NCBI RefSeq assembly: GCF_964204865.1
Contig: NC_135254.1
Coordinates: forward strand, 19,344,001 to 19,408,000
DNA: 64,000 bases
Origin: Styela clava
Taxonomy: Eukaryota
Reading direction: 5' to 3'
Shown one piece after another: positions 25,202-38,300 of this stretch. The translations under genes and the position numbers were made by a program. Under the pieces are notes generated by a model. It searched no databases. It was not told where the DNA came from and saw only the letters and a list, made by a program, of their open reading frames with translations. Numbering within the stretch: position 1 is the first letter of the stretch; the number at the start of each line of letters is the position of its first letter.

Positions 25202-26024
25202 CATTGACGATAACAGATTGTCGTCAGGGTGTATAATAAACCAGTATCTAACTCTAAATATTTTTCTGTTAACATTTTTACTCATGTCCTAACTTTTGTG
25301 AATTTTCTGTACTGTTACTGTCTTTAATGGCCACCCGATTGTTTGTCCGCTGTACGATGCGCAAATACTATCGACAATCAGTAAAGCCCGACTTTAGTGA
25401 ATTACAATTGCTATATATATACGATTACTAACTACTCGCGCAATTTCAATACATACTTTTCATAGTCAGATTCCGCTTGTGTGATAACACAGAGCCAGCG
25501 ACGCCGACAAGTATTTACTTTAATTTTTTTTTTCGCTGAAATTCAGGAGATAATATCATTTTATTTCGACTAAGTGTACAAGAAAATTGTTTATAACAAG
25601 AGTGAAACTTATAACAGAAACTGACATAAGACATTTTCTGCATTTTAATTGATATTATCTGAGTGGATTCTGTTTTTTATGAGAACGTCATTGTAAACGT
25701 ATGTTTTTTTGTTTGTCAAAAATCTTTTTCCAGATCATGCAAAAAAAAATTTAAAAATAATTGCAAGAACAGACTAGTTATCTTTTGATATTTTATGGAA
25801 ATAGACAGAACACAGATTCTTATGAAATATGTTGTTATTAGCATTCAACGCATACTAATATGAAACTACAAAACGGTTTTTACTTCACGCGAATACCTAC
25901 ACAATCTCCCGGATAATAATTTGCGATTCACACATTTATGCTGACGGCACCACTTGATGGCAAGTCCGACAACATCCCTGGAACTCGTAATGAAGCTCGC
26001 CAACTCGCTTTGTTGGAGCTAGAC

Positions 26025-26310
26025 CAGACATGGGCAAAGTATGGCCCTCGGGCCAAATCCGGGTAATTCAATCTGGCCCGCCTTGTGCTGCCACAACCAA
26101 ACCGAAATCGGAGTTTTGATGTTTCAGCTGGAAAATAGCTCAAGGAATTTGTTGAAATTGCGGTTAAATTTAGCTTTAGCACGAGGCATATTTTTGTAAC
26201 ACTGGTAAATATTGTTCTTATAATGTTACTTTTTCGACACACTTACATGGCCCGCCAGTCTAGGTAGACAAAAATTTTGGCCCCTGGTTCAAAAATCTTG
26301 TCCACCCCTG
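26025..26310. mobile_element. hAT (Buster/Charlie-type) MITE
   Basis: Termini CAGACATGGGCAA / TTGTCCACCCCTG, GGCCC subterminal motifs, and a perfect TSD AGCTAGAC (26017-26024, 26311-26318). Confidence 0.85.
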
Positions 26311-26732
26311 AGCTAGACCCAAGCTACCCATATCAGTTGTAGTTAACAGAAATTTTTCGTGGCTTCAGGCTCAGCTCCCAATCATTAGAATATCTTTCAA
26401 GTTTATAATTTTCTAATACTTCATACAAACAATAATAACTATTTTTTTTCAGCTTATGGCTTCTTTTTTAATTTAATAGCTCTGGAACTGGATTCATTGA
26501 TTGATATTTCGTTTACAAGGTTAAAGGAGTAGACGTTTTCATAAACAAAAGTTCAACGTGTCATTGCGTTATATAAAATCCGCATGCTTATGATATCACA
26601 CGCCCAAAACTATTATTTAATTGCTTTGTGACCTTTTTGGACTAGACTGCTTCAAAAATGCTTTTCGTACAGGAAACAGGACCTGCAAAATTGAGACAGG
26701 AAATATATATCGGAATGTAGTAAGATATATGG

Positions 26733-27607
26733 CAGGGATGGCGAACCTTTTTCAATGAATGGGTCAAAAATTATAATTTTATCGCGGAACAGAAGAGAGT
26801 GGGTCACAGATATTTAATCAATATTTGTATCTACTAGAAACTTCTGAAACGAATCTTATAAGCTGGTGTTGGTGTAGTTTTGGGCTTTACTTATGCAGCA
26901 CTTCTATCAGGGACTTTTTATGGCCCTCGGTTTTATGATATTAGAGTACGAAAAAAACGCATATGAATTACCAAAAACGTTTAGGATGATGCGTTAAATT
27001 ATTTTACGGTTCTAGTGTTTGGAGGTAATTCCGCTTTGATAGTGTTAAAATTTTGGATCAGCTTCCAACCACATTAAGGCACCTTTACACTGCCCCATTG
27101 TAATATCAGATTTCTAGATTTTTATTTCAAGTCTGAAAGATTTTGTTTTCACAACGGCATTGTAGGCGAGAAACTAATTAAATGCAAAGTAGCATCTAGT
27201 TCTCGTATAACCCCTAAAACAGTCTGCAGATGCACTTCCAAAAAGACAGGCGTTGCGAGAAATGAGCAGATCAATTGCATTGTTATGTCATAAACGATGT
27301 CAGGCCCAATAGCTGAATAACGATACACAGCGGTGCATTCATGCGTACAAGATTAGGGGTTTTAAAAATTACCGTACCGGCCCGAAATCAACATTTTGAA
27401 TATGAGCGATCGCAGCCCTCCCTGACTGTCCAACTGACGGTACATCATAATAGTTTAGTTATTGTTAGATTAATTTAAGGCCGGTTTTATCAATTTTTAT
27501 CACTGATATATTAGCATTTTATTTTATTCGTGCCTTCGCTGGGCGGGTCACAAATAAAACGCGGTGGGTCACTTTGTGACCCGCGGGTCAGTGGTTCGCC
27601 ATCCCTG
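26733..27607. mobile_element. Non-autonomous hAT transposon, 875 bp
   Basis: Perfect 15-bp TIR CAGGGATGGCGAACC / GGTTCGCCATCCCTG, GGGTCA subterminal repeats, and a perfect TSD ATATATGG. Confidence 0.92.
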
Positions 27608-27689
27608 ATATATGGCATAGTTTTACATTGTTCCATATAACGTTATATATTGCGTGATTTGTTCGTGATGTGAGTGGCCTAGTCTGTTT

Positions 27690-27842
27690 TCAACTCAGAT
27701 AAATTGGTGATCTCGTCGATTTTTTCGATAAATTGGGGGAAATTCGCTACTTTCAGCACGGTGGAATTTTTTAAAATTTCAATATATTATGTGTTTCACG
27801 TATGTCTACAAAAGATACTGTGTTGATGAATTGGATGAGAAT
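27690..27842 (-). repeat. Inverted monomer of the 19251-19805 repeat
   Basis: The reverse complement reads TCTCATCCAATTCATCAACACAGTATCTTT...AATTTATCGAAAAAAATCGACG, as in the tandem units. Confidence 0.8.
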
Positions 27843-28049
27843 TTTTTTTAAAAACTCAATGCTAACCGGTTCGCCTATCTCATAAAATTCCGTGAGGCGG
27901 TTCTATGGAACCGGTGCGAACCGGCTGAATCCACTTCAATGGCCGAATCCCACCACTGGTTCCACCGAAGAACTCGTTCTTGCGTAGGAAAATTTTGGCA
28001 TTACCTATCTCACAATAAGGTTGGGAAATCTGCTTGAATGAATAGATGT

Positions 28050-28085
28050 ATGATTGGCCGCTTAGATTTATATTGTTACGTCACT
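28050..28085 (+). promoter_or_regulatory. Candidate NOS1AP proximal promoter (inverted CCAAT plus CRE-like site)
   Basis: TGATTGG at 28051-28057 and TTACGTCA at 28076-28083, about 1.25 kb upstream of the first coding exon. Motif evidence only. Confidence 0.3.
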
Positions 28086-29355
28086 GTCGACTTTTTGCTG
28101 ATTGAAGTAAAGTCGTAAATAAACAAGATAGTAGATATTTGGGAAAACACCTAATAACAAGTTAACAACGTAGGGGATGTATGCCGCACTTTAATGTGTT
28201 TTAGGCCAGCCATGGTCTTGTGTATACAACTATACATCCCGTCTTCAATGTTGATATTTACTAACTCCTGTGTTTTTGTTTTTACGGGACGAATAAACAT
28301 ACATACATACATACATTTAGAAATGGCAGAATGCTGGAATGAGAAGAAACACAACTGGAATACCGGTATCTGATTACAGCATTTTGCAACATGCTGACAT
28401 GTAGCTTATTGCTGTATTGTCTACTTCCAGACTTTTTAGTTCAGGGGTTTATATACCAGTACCGGTATCTGTATACGGTATCACAGTACTGCAGTATCAG
28501 CTTTTGGTATAGCTGTATAGGCCTAGCAATAAATTACAGAATTAACCTGCTTGTAGTGCTTGAGAAAAGTCATAGTGTGTGCCCGCTCATAGGCTCAACA
28601 GCACAAACAGAAAAAAATCATAAATCTAGTTGAACAAGGCCAGAAAGACAGACAGACTGCCGGACTGTGACAAGGCTTTAATCCTATAATTAATTTAGAA
28701 CTCTATCACATAATTTTTTTCAACTAGATACTGTCCGATAACACACAGACACATGTTACCGAATCCGATAGTGGTAAATTCAGAAAGTACGGAATTGTTG
28801 GAATTTGGTATTCTGGAAGGAAACAATTATACACATGTACACAATATTTACTCAGTAATTGACCTGTTCAACGAATAATACTGTAATATCTTTTTCTCAT
28901 TGCAACTCATTTCTTCGAAAATAGTGATATTCTATTGCAGCAGTGCTGCAGTGTTAGATATTTTGGTATTCAGGTATTGCAAGATTGGTATCAACTTTTA
29001 TTTCTTATATTTAGGCTATTATTTGCTATATTTTATTCGTGACTGTTGTAATACTGTAATAGTGTTCAATTGATGATAAAAGCTTTCAAAGGTTAGGGAC
29101 CCATATAATCATCTAAATTGTTTTAAATGAGTTTTTTTTATTATGACTGAAAATAATATTTGCCATGTAGTAGATAGGGTTTAGTAGACCAGACATTTTT
29201 CCATTTACCTTGTTTCTCATTTTTACGGCTCTTTTGAGAAAGATCAGAAAATTGCGTACTTTTAATTTGACGAAAAACTTGAAATCAATCTTTTCTGAGA
29301 TCATTCTATTTGCTTCCATGTTTTACAGACTAGTAGATAGATGCAGGTTGCGAAT

Positions 29356-32300
29356 ATGCCATCCAGGCTCGGAAAACGGAAGGATTACAATCTTGTAGAT
29401 GATGCGTATGACAGTCGTGTTCCAATGCATAATGAAGATGCATTTCGCCATGGGATTGAATTCAAAGCAAAGGTATATTATAAAATAAAAAAAATGCACA
29501 TATTTTTTATTTCAGATTCGAATCTAATTAAATGTAAAATTCCAGATTGAAATAATTAGGGCCATGGTTTGCTTATGATTAAGCCATCTTATCGTCTTCT
29601 TCTTTCGCGGGACAAATATGGAAATCGTATCCATCATGTTGGCATTTTTGGAAAATTAAATTGTGTGAATGATTCTGACATTGTTTCAATAAATACACAG
29701 AACTTTTTGTGAAAGTTTTTACTCAGAATAGAAGGTTGATTGTCTATGGCAAGAATTTTGTTGTTCTTGGGAAGGAATTTTGCTGTAGTGTTACTAATAT
29801 TCGTTAGCTCTTCATTATTACTATATATAATACTTGTTCATGAACGCTTTATAAACAACTTAAACTGTGCAAAAGTGGAAGTGCGACTTGCGCATAATAT
29901 TAAATGATAATTCATTCAAGATTGAATAGGCCTAACAAAGTACTTCCTCATGGGGAGGAATGAAGGGTTCAAAATAGGCGAAAGGATGAATTTAACAAAA
30001 AAAATTGCTACCTACTGGTCTATGGGTAGATCATCTGTTTATGATAGATATCCAAGACAAGTATTTTTTCAAGGACTTCATGTATTCACTGAGGGCTCAT
30101 TCTCTTTCATTTCTGTGTGAGTTCTTGTGACCTTGCTTTGAAATATTTTTAAAAAAGGTATTCAAATTCATTTTGTCCATTTTTAACTATGGGATATATA
30201 TTTCAGTATATTGGAACATTGGATGTACCTCGGCCGACTGGAAGAATGGAGATCGTTGTAGCAATGAGGAGGATCAGAGTGAGTTAAATTCATTTACCGT
30301 ATATCTTTATATCTTCAATATTTTTTCTGAAGTTTAACAAGGTTGTTCATATATATCTAGAGGCATAACTGGGGTTTCGAATTTAACTAAAAAATTTTTT
30401 TGGAATTTTGTCTTACATTCTGAAAGAAACAGAATATTGAATGACCAGAAGGTCATACAGCTGTATGGTGTACGACTTGTGTTTATTTAGTAGTGATCTG
30501 ATTACATCATATATATTTGGTTTTGCTTTTCTTGGAATTCTTTCAAGAGTGCATTATGTAATGCTGACCAAGCATGGATTATCGTATATATTTATCTAAT
30601 TCGCATTGAGAATGAATCATGCATGTTTCGGTATGATGTTAGCAATGTCCTTGGATGATATATTAGGCCTACCTGAGCTTTGACAGTATTATTTCCTCAA
30701 AGTTGTTCTATAAATATCATTCTAAGAATAGCTTCTTTTACCAGACTGATTATTCTGCAAATTTGGAACAATTCAGGTCACCTGAAAAGCTGGAATACAT
30801 TTATAACTATGCTGATGATGTCAAAATTCTTTTTTTTTTATGAAAAAGATACTTTTGAGTAAAATAACTTCTAGAGATGGGTTTTTGCATGCCGCAATTT
30901 CGCATAAATATGAGCTAGATTTAATTGAAAAATAATATTGAATTATATACAAATGTGTATGTTCGTATAATATGGGGTATCTCAGAAGCATTTGAGTTGA
31001 AATTGTAATCTTACTGAATATTGTATAAAGTAGTCTTAGGAGCATTCATTGCCTTCTAAAGTACTTTGGTGAATGTCATGCATTATGTTAAATGTGAAAC
31101 ATAGTTTGATCATAATGCCATTTACATAATTCCACATTTTAATACCAACTCAAAAACAGGGCCACATGTGCGCATTGAAATAATGTGGTCAGAGAATTGA
31201 AATTATTATTTACTCTGCATTTGCCCCACTGTGATATCAGCTCTTGTACAATAATCAGAATTACTAAAAATTTTTTGTTCTCATTTTTCAATTTATAAAC
31301 ATTTTGAGGAAGCGTTTGATTTATTATAATTTCTATCATTTGTAATTCAATCAATGGTATTTATTTTGATACCCTTATAGAATGCCATGTCGTTTCGACC
31401 AAGTTTTCCTTGAAGGTGCCTAACTACTCTAATCCCTTATGTTTATGATAATACTATAGGTTTATAAGCTGTGTTTTTCTTTGTGCTTTTAATCCATACT
31501 CATTCTGCATACCAACCATCTTCACCATGTTTTATTGATGGATTAATAAATATCGTTGACGATATATCCCTCAAGCTGGTAATTTAATTCTATTTCACTC
31601 TCTTGTTAGAGTATTAAACCGAATGGATCACCCTGCATCACAAAAAAGATAGATAGCTGTGGTCTAATGCTTGGTGTATTCCTTTGCTGAATTTTTATTG
31701 AGAATAAACGAATAGATTCAATTGCTAAATAATAATAACAGAACAAAATTTTTTTTCTTCACCTGTGTTTATAAATATAAACCAAATGTGAAGTTTGCCA
31801 TTATTAACCCAGTCACACTTCTTCTAACTGCGGTCAAGTCAATTGAATCATATCTCAGGACCGTGGAAAAAATTTGTATTAAATCATTTTCTAAATGATT
31901 GCTTTCTGAAGCCCTAATGGAGTGAAAGTTACAAGTTAATTTACGTTAAGCTTCTCTAGTATGCTATCTATCTATCGTCAATGGGTTTGGTTTGTTCCTA
32001 TATGGTTCTGTCTGGCATCTATAACTTTTGTTAATAAGATTTTACGCTATTCGCTAAACCACAAAAATTCCGCGGGTCTGAATTTTTGGTTATCAACTGT
32101 GTACAATACAATATATACACAATAAGTAGTTGGTTAATCAATAGAAATTTCGAATATTTTGATTGATCTCAGATTTTACTGCATCATTGTTTTATTTGCA
32201 TTAAAGACAAAACTTGCTTTATGTAGTAATTAATGGTATGTAAAAATACGAAAATCTTTCCTATGATTCAAAATCTCAAGCAGCATGCTTGAGACCTTCC

Positions 32301-35300
32301 AACTATACAGACTACTGTTATTGTTTCGTAGGTCTTTGTTAATGCTCATTCAAGTGGAAATAAAATGCTTTTATCTCGGCCATATCACAGCCTTTTGTGT
32401 TTAAACGAGGCATACTTTCATGACGACAAACTGTTATTCATTTTTATAAATGTATCCTTATAGGATATTCACTTTCCTTACGATTATTGTTGACCCAAAA
32501 TCTTAAATTGCTTAATATTTTAATTATATCTTCATTAACGTTATTCAAATTAATATGACCAAGGAGGCATTATAGTGTTACAAGGTACACAGCATTTTGA
32601 AACCCCTTCCTTCGAATATCCAAGCTGTATCCCATGTTGTAATTTATCGAGTTTTAATTTACCAAATTTGCATAGAACATTGAATGGAAAATAATGTTGA
32701 ACAGGAAATGCTTTACACAGCCATAAAAGATTGATAACTTCCGTTCTGTAGTATGTGTTGTTAATTCAGGATGTGGCTTCAAATTATAGTTGTACTTTGA
32801 TTACATGCCTAATATATTATAATAGCATCAAGAAGCCTATTATTACTTAGCAAGACAAGAAGGTTGACAATCATTCAAGCTTATTTTATACCTATGATTA
32901 TATCATGTTTGGAAATTATTTTTGAGAAAGACATTGTGTAGAAAATTTATAGCACAAAATGGATTTTTAACATAAAGAAGTTTTTGATGTTTGAAATATA
33001 TGTTTTTCAAATTACTATTTTTGAAATTGTATATATTTAATTATTTTATTATTCTCATTTAGAAGGCCTGATTTTAAGATTTTTATCCTTCAAAAATACA
33101 GCCTTGAACTGCATTGTGTGACGTGAGCGTCATTAAAATGTACATTGTTGTATATTGAATACCTGCGGCACTTTTACGTTGTATACTTGAATAATACTCG
33201 TAAAATACAATTTTAACTTGTTATTGCAAGTTGTATAAAATTTGAAAGCAATGTTTCGATTACCATATTATTAAAGGAGAATTTTAATCATTAAAATCAT
33301 TATTGATATTTTTGTTGCATGCTCAGTTGTGTTCAGTAATTGGTCTATGACTGATTACCTCAATGCTTTCCAAATGGTCAATATTTGTACAAAACATATT
33401 GTCATGAGCAATATCACAGTTATGACCAAGCAGCGTTGAATCATTTCTTTCTTTGATATATAAATGGAATACAGTAATATATACAAAACAGGACCAATTT
33501 GGCTATAATATGCAATATCGCCGGATGAGAACAGAACAGGCCTAAGTCACAATTTTGAGTTTTGAGAAAAACGCAAAAAAACAATTTGGAATTTTTTTAT
33601 TTTCGAATTTCTAGATATTCACACTTAGTAAAGTCCTGAGCTCTGGTTATTTTAATGTGGATGAGAATATCTTTGTAATCAATATTTTTTGGCACTTCAG
33701 CTTCAATTCCTTCTTGCTTTTTTACCCCCATAAGAAACTTTGGCCCATTCTGTTCTCAACAACTTCTGAAATTTTTTGTATGGGATGCAAGGTAAAACAA
33801 GGTGACTTAGGCCTAAGTTGCACTGAACAAATTTTTAGGGATGTAAGTTTCGGACATTTCATTTCTGATGTTCATGCCCATCATATTGGAACTGAGGACT
33901 ATCTTTTTTCAATATTTTGGGGTTTTGAGCCATGCTCTACAAGGTGGTGGTCTTGAAATCCTGAATTTCTCAATAATAAAAATTTTAGCTGGACTTAGGC
34001 CCATTCTGTTGTTAAATATTTTAGGCCTAAGTCCAGCTAAAATTTTTATTATTGAGAAATTCAGGATTTCAAGACCACCACCTTGTAGAGCATGGCTCAA
34101 AACCCCAAAATATTGAAAAAAGTCAATTTTCCAAAAATGTGACTTAGGCCCCTTCTGTTCTCATCCGGCGATATAGTTAACGTAGTTCTTGATTTGTCAC
34201 CTTGAGCATTTATTCATCAGTTTGTCAGATAAAAATTAGGTTCCACCCTGACATTGTAAGGAAAAATAGGATATTAAAAAAATAATAATTTTAATCTGAA
34301 CCATTATACATCGTCAGACTTCATGACATACAGTGATTTGTGTAAATATTTCTGCTGAACATGACCCTTTTAAAATATATTCAATATTTGATATTTCGGA
34401 ATGTATTTTGTGTGGTATATTTTTGGTTTCAGACATTACTGGCCTCGATCAATTTCACATTTTGGAGCACGAACACATCAGTCTTTCAGCCTAAGGCATT
34501 TTTACAAATTAACAAAAACATAACAACTGTTTTGCCTTTGTGCTTTAAGTTTAATTTTCTTATCATTTGCTCTTTTATTCAGTATGAATTCAAGGCTAAA
34601 GCAATCAAGAAACGAAAAGTTAATATCAGAGTATCAACAGATGGAGTTAGAGTGGTATTGCGCAAAAGAAAAAAGGTTTGTTTTAAATCATTGATCAGAT
34701 TGTACTGAATTCTCATGAAAAAAATAAGGCACTCCAGAAGTATGTGTACCAATATGGAGGTATCGGTAATTAATTTTGTTCGCCTACTATACATCAAGTT
34801 GTGTAAAGGGACTGAACCTATGGGCAGGCAGGCGGTATATTCACTTATCTAACACAGACAGTCCCCGAACTCGTGATAGAACTAAAATAGGAAAAATCGG
34901 AATATGAAATTATGGCCTAACCCTAACCTGGTACAAATACTACGGGAGTACTAATAATAATAGGTTTTTTAAGTTGTACAGTTTGTCTTTTCATCTGACC
35001 TGACTTTTTGTCTTTTTTATCATTCAATAAAGGTGTTAAATTTTGTTTCAGAAAAAAGAATGGGCCTGGGATCTGGACAGGATGTTAATTATGCATGATC
35101 CAATATACAGGTAAATATTCTTGCTGTTCAAATTCAACCTTTGAAATATGATCCATCGTCGGTGCCCTTTTAGAGGTTCAATGTACCTTGCTGATTTGAA
35201 TTTCACGTTCATGCTTAGTTCTTAGTTTCTAAAATTAAATTTCATCTTAAAATAACATTTTAGTTTTCGTGCTTGTTTTTTTTATTACTGTAGTTGTACT

Positions 35301-38300
35301 TAGTCCTTTTTGATGCTAGGCTGTATGTTAAACTTCTTCAAATAATACCAGTGAATACTGTACGAGTGGCCTAAGAAACTGCATCTGATTTGAGTATTGA
35401 TACAAGATGTGCGCTGTCAAATACCTGTCGTACACATGACATGCTCAAGAATAAACATTGTGAAACGTTACATTTAACTTGAGCCAATGTTATCTTGGCT
35501 TTTTGAAGTGAATAAACACAATCTTATATTCTTATCATACCCCCAGTAGCCTGATGTATAAATGTGCCCTGAATTGTTGTCCTAGGCAAGCAGGATTGCA
35601 ATGATCTGTAGTTTCATATTCTATTTTAATTTTCTATTATAATCCTAAATAGGGGCGCAGCCAGGATTGTTTTAGCGGGGGCATGAGGCATTCATCAATA
35701 TAACTAAAGTTGTCCATCGCTGAAAGCGAGACACCAAATTAAATTCCACCATTGTGTCTTGCCTGCCTCCCTTTATGTTAAAAATGCGATAATGCACTGA
35801 ATAAAATAGTTTTTAACCACAAAAGGATGATACTTTCACTGTAGAAGGACGTTGTTATTTATTCTAGGCAAAACACTTCAAGTTGAAAAAAATTCCAAAG
35901 TAAGAGGCTGCACCCCCGCATGCAATAATCATAGACCAATCCATCAATAAGCTTATACTAGAAAGACCCACAGCCTTACAATGTTGTGAAACAACAAAAT
36001 ATGTTACAAATAATTAACTAATATTTACACTTTACAGGATATTCTATGTCTCTCATGACTCCCATGACCTCAAGATATGGAGTTTCATCGCTCGTGATGG
36101 GCAAAGCAATGTCTTTAGATGTAACGTTTTCAAGTCACCGAAAAAGGTAAGTCCGTTCTAATGAATAGATGAAATTATTATATTTATCAAGGATATGTAA
36201 CCAGCAGCTCCTTTCAGTCAGTTGATTTTTTTATTTTAATTATTTTGCTTCATACTCGCTCTTTACTACATAGAGGGGTATTGATATTGGTCGAAACATT
36301 TTTTTTTGTTTTGACGTAGCTTAAATCCTACAATCTGGTTAAAACGGAGGTATGCCCTCATTTCTGATTGACTGGTGATATTTGGTTCCCATACAATGGA
36401 AAAGAAAAAATTTGGATTTTATATAAATGTCTGCACTTGCACTACAAATTTTATTGCGGTGTAATATTCTTATTTTCTTTTATTAGCAATTATTGAGAAT
36501 TCATTTTTTGTGGGGTAATATTGAGATTCTGGCTTTGATTGAAAAAAATAAAATTAGTATAAATAACTATTTCCTGATCGAATCCAGTATGATCTTTATG
36601 CTGATATATTGGAGCGCTATTTTTCAATCTTTCAATTTATTTCATTTGATTCACTTAAGAACTTACTTGTCATTTTTCCGTACCCAATTAACTAATATTT
36701 CTTAGAATTGTCAAGATTGTTTTTGTTTTCCCAAGTGAACCAAATAATGTTTCATTGCTGGGTTGGGCCCTAGTAATTCATGGTTGAGTTCTTGCACAAG
36801 CTGTTATGATTGGGATTGGATGAGATTTTTGTGATAAAAGTTCGTTAAATATTCTATACGCTCGACTGGCTTTGCTGACTGAACAATTTTTTACATTCTG
36901 CTTGTAAAGATGGTACAGGGTGTCCCAAAATAAATGAAACCCATCAATTCGATAACGATGTTTGATATCTGTGCAAATAATATTCGTATAATATATGTAT
37001 ATTTGTACGAGTCGCACGACCCTGGTTTAATTTTTATAACAAACTCATTTAATTCCAATTATATGTTTAAATTCATAGTCTAGTGTTAAAAATTTTTTTT
37101 TGCATTCATCTATTAAGTTAGTTGACTCTATTGACTTTTCAGCTGGAATGTCAATACATGAAAGATTCCAACACCAGAAAGTAATATTTTTAGGAAATTG
37201 CGTGGAACTCATTTGTTGTTATTGTTTGAATTTACCTCGTTCTCGAATTGTGTTTTTTGAATGGTTGAAAATACAATCGCTAGACTCAAGTGCCGGTTAT
37301 ATTCAAAATCCCCTCACTTGACACTTCCAACCTTTTCGTTTTCATAAAATTTTACTTTACAACATTGCATTGCAAATGAAGTATTTTATTTATCACCATT
37401 AACTTGTTTAATAATATGTTTTGATTTTTTAGTCTCAGGCAATGAGAGTCGTAAGGACAGTTGGCCAAGCATTTGAAGTCTGCCATAAACTCAATATAGG
37501 ACCTCCAGTGAAAAAGGATGAAAATTCAAATGATAAATTGAAAGAAATCAAATCAAGCGCAGGTAAAATGCTATTGAATCTTTTGTCTGTGATAGTAATA
37601 AATATATTCTGTCTCTATCTTAATTAAATTCTTAAGTTTTTCAATTGCATCTTGGAGTATTATATCCTTTGTGTCAGCAATCAGCATCTCTTTAGACGTC
37701 TAAGTTTGTGACTTTTGAAATATATGTATACTCTTGAAATTGAACGATGCATGAGAATTATGATTTTTGTTTATGCTAGGAAGTGATCATAGGTTCATAT
37801 GAACTCAGCAGCTGGCTCATTTTACTTGCTAGAAAATTGTGACTCAATCCCAGGTTATATCTAAGCAGTATACAGAGTCCAATAAGCTTAAAGTTTGGTT
37901 AGGGATTATGTGCGAGGATACATTGAACTGGGTAGCAGCCTATTGCCTATTTGATCATCCAAGTGTATGAAAGACTGTGGTTTGGTATGGGATTAAGTCT
38001 TACGTTATCCCGTTTCCCTTGGGATGAATATTATAATTTAAGTGTTGTCTATATCTCATTTGGTGATGTTTTTGTGATTAAGTTGGAAGCCGAATTTTCA
38101 TAATAGGGATTTAAATGTGATATTAAATATTTTGCAGTCATTTTTGGATATTTAATAGTCTTATCAAGCCGGCCGTTTTCTAACTTTACTATCATCTAAC
38201 TTCTGCTATGGCACAACTAAACTATGGTACACATGGTAATAGAGTTGAAACAATTTGCAATTAATATATTGGTATAATATTTGACAACAGCTATTATTAT

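Noticed and set aside
33868-34116. Nearly identical ORFs on both strands
   Set aside because: A by-product of the 99-bp palindrome.
34915-34930. CCTAACCCTAACC as interstitial telomere
   Set aside because: Only about two units, and an internal feature of the MITE family.
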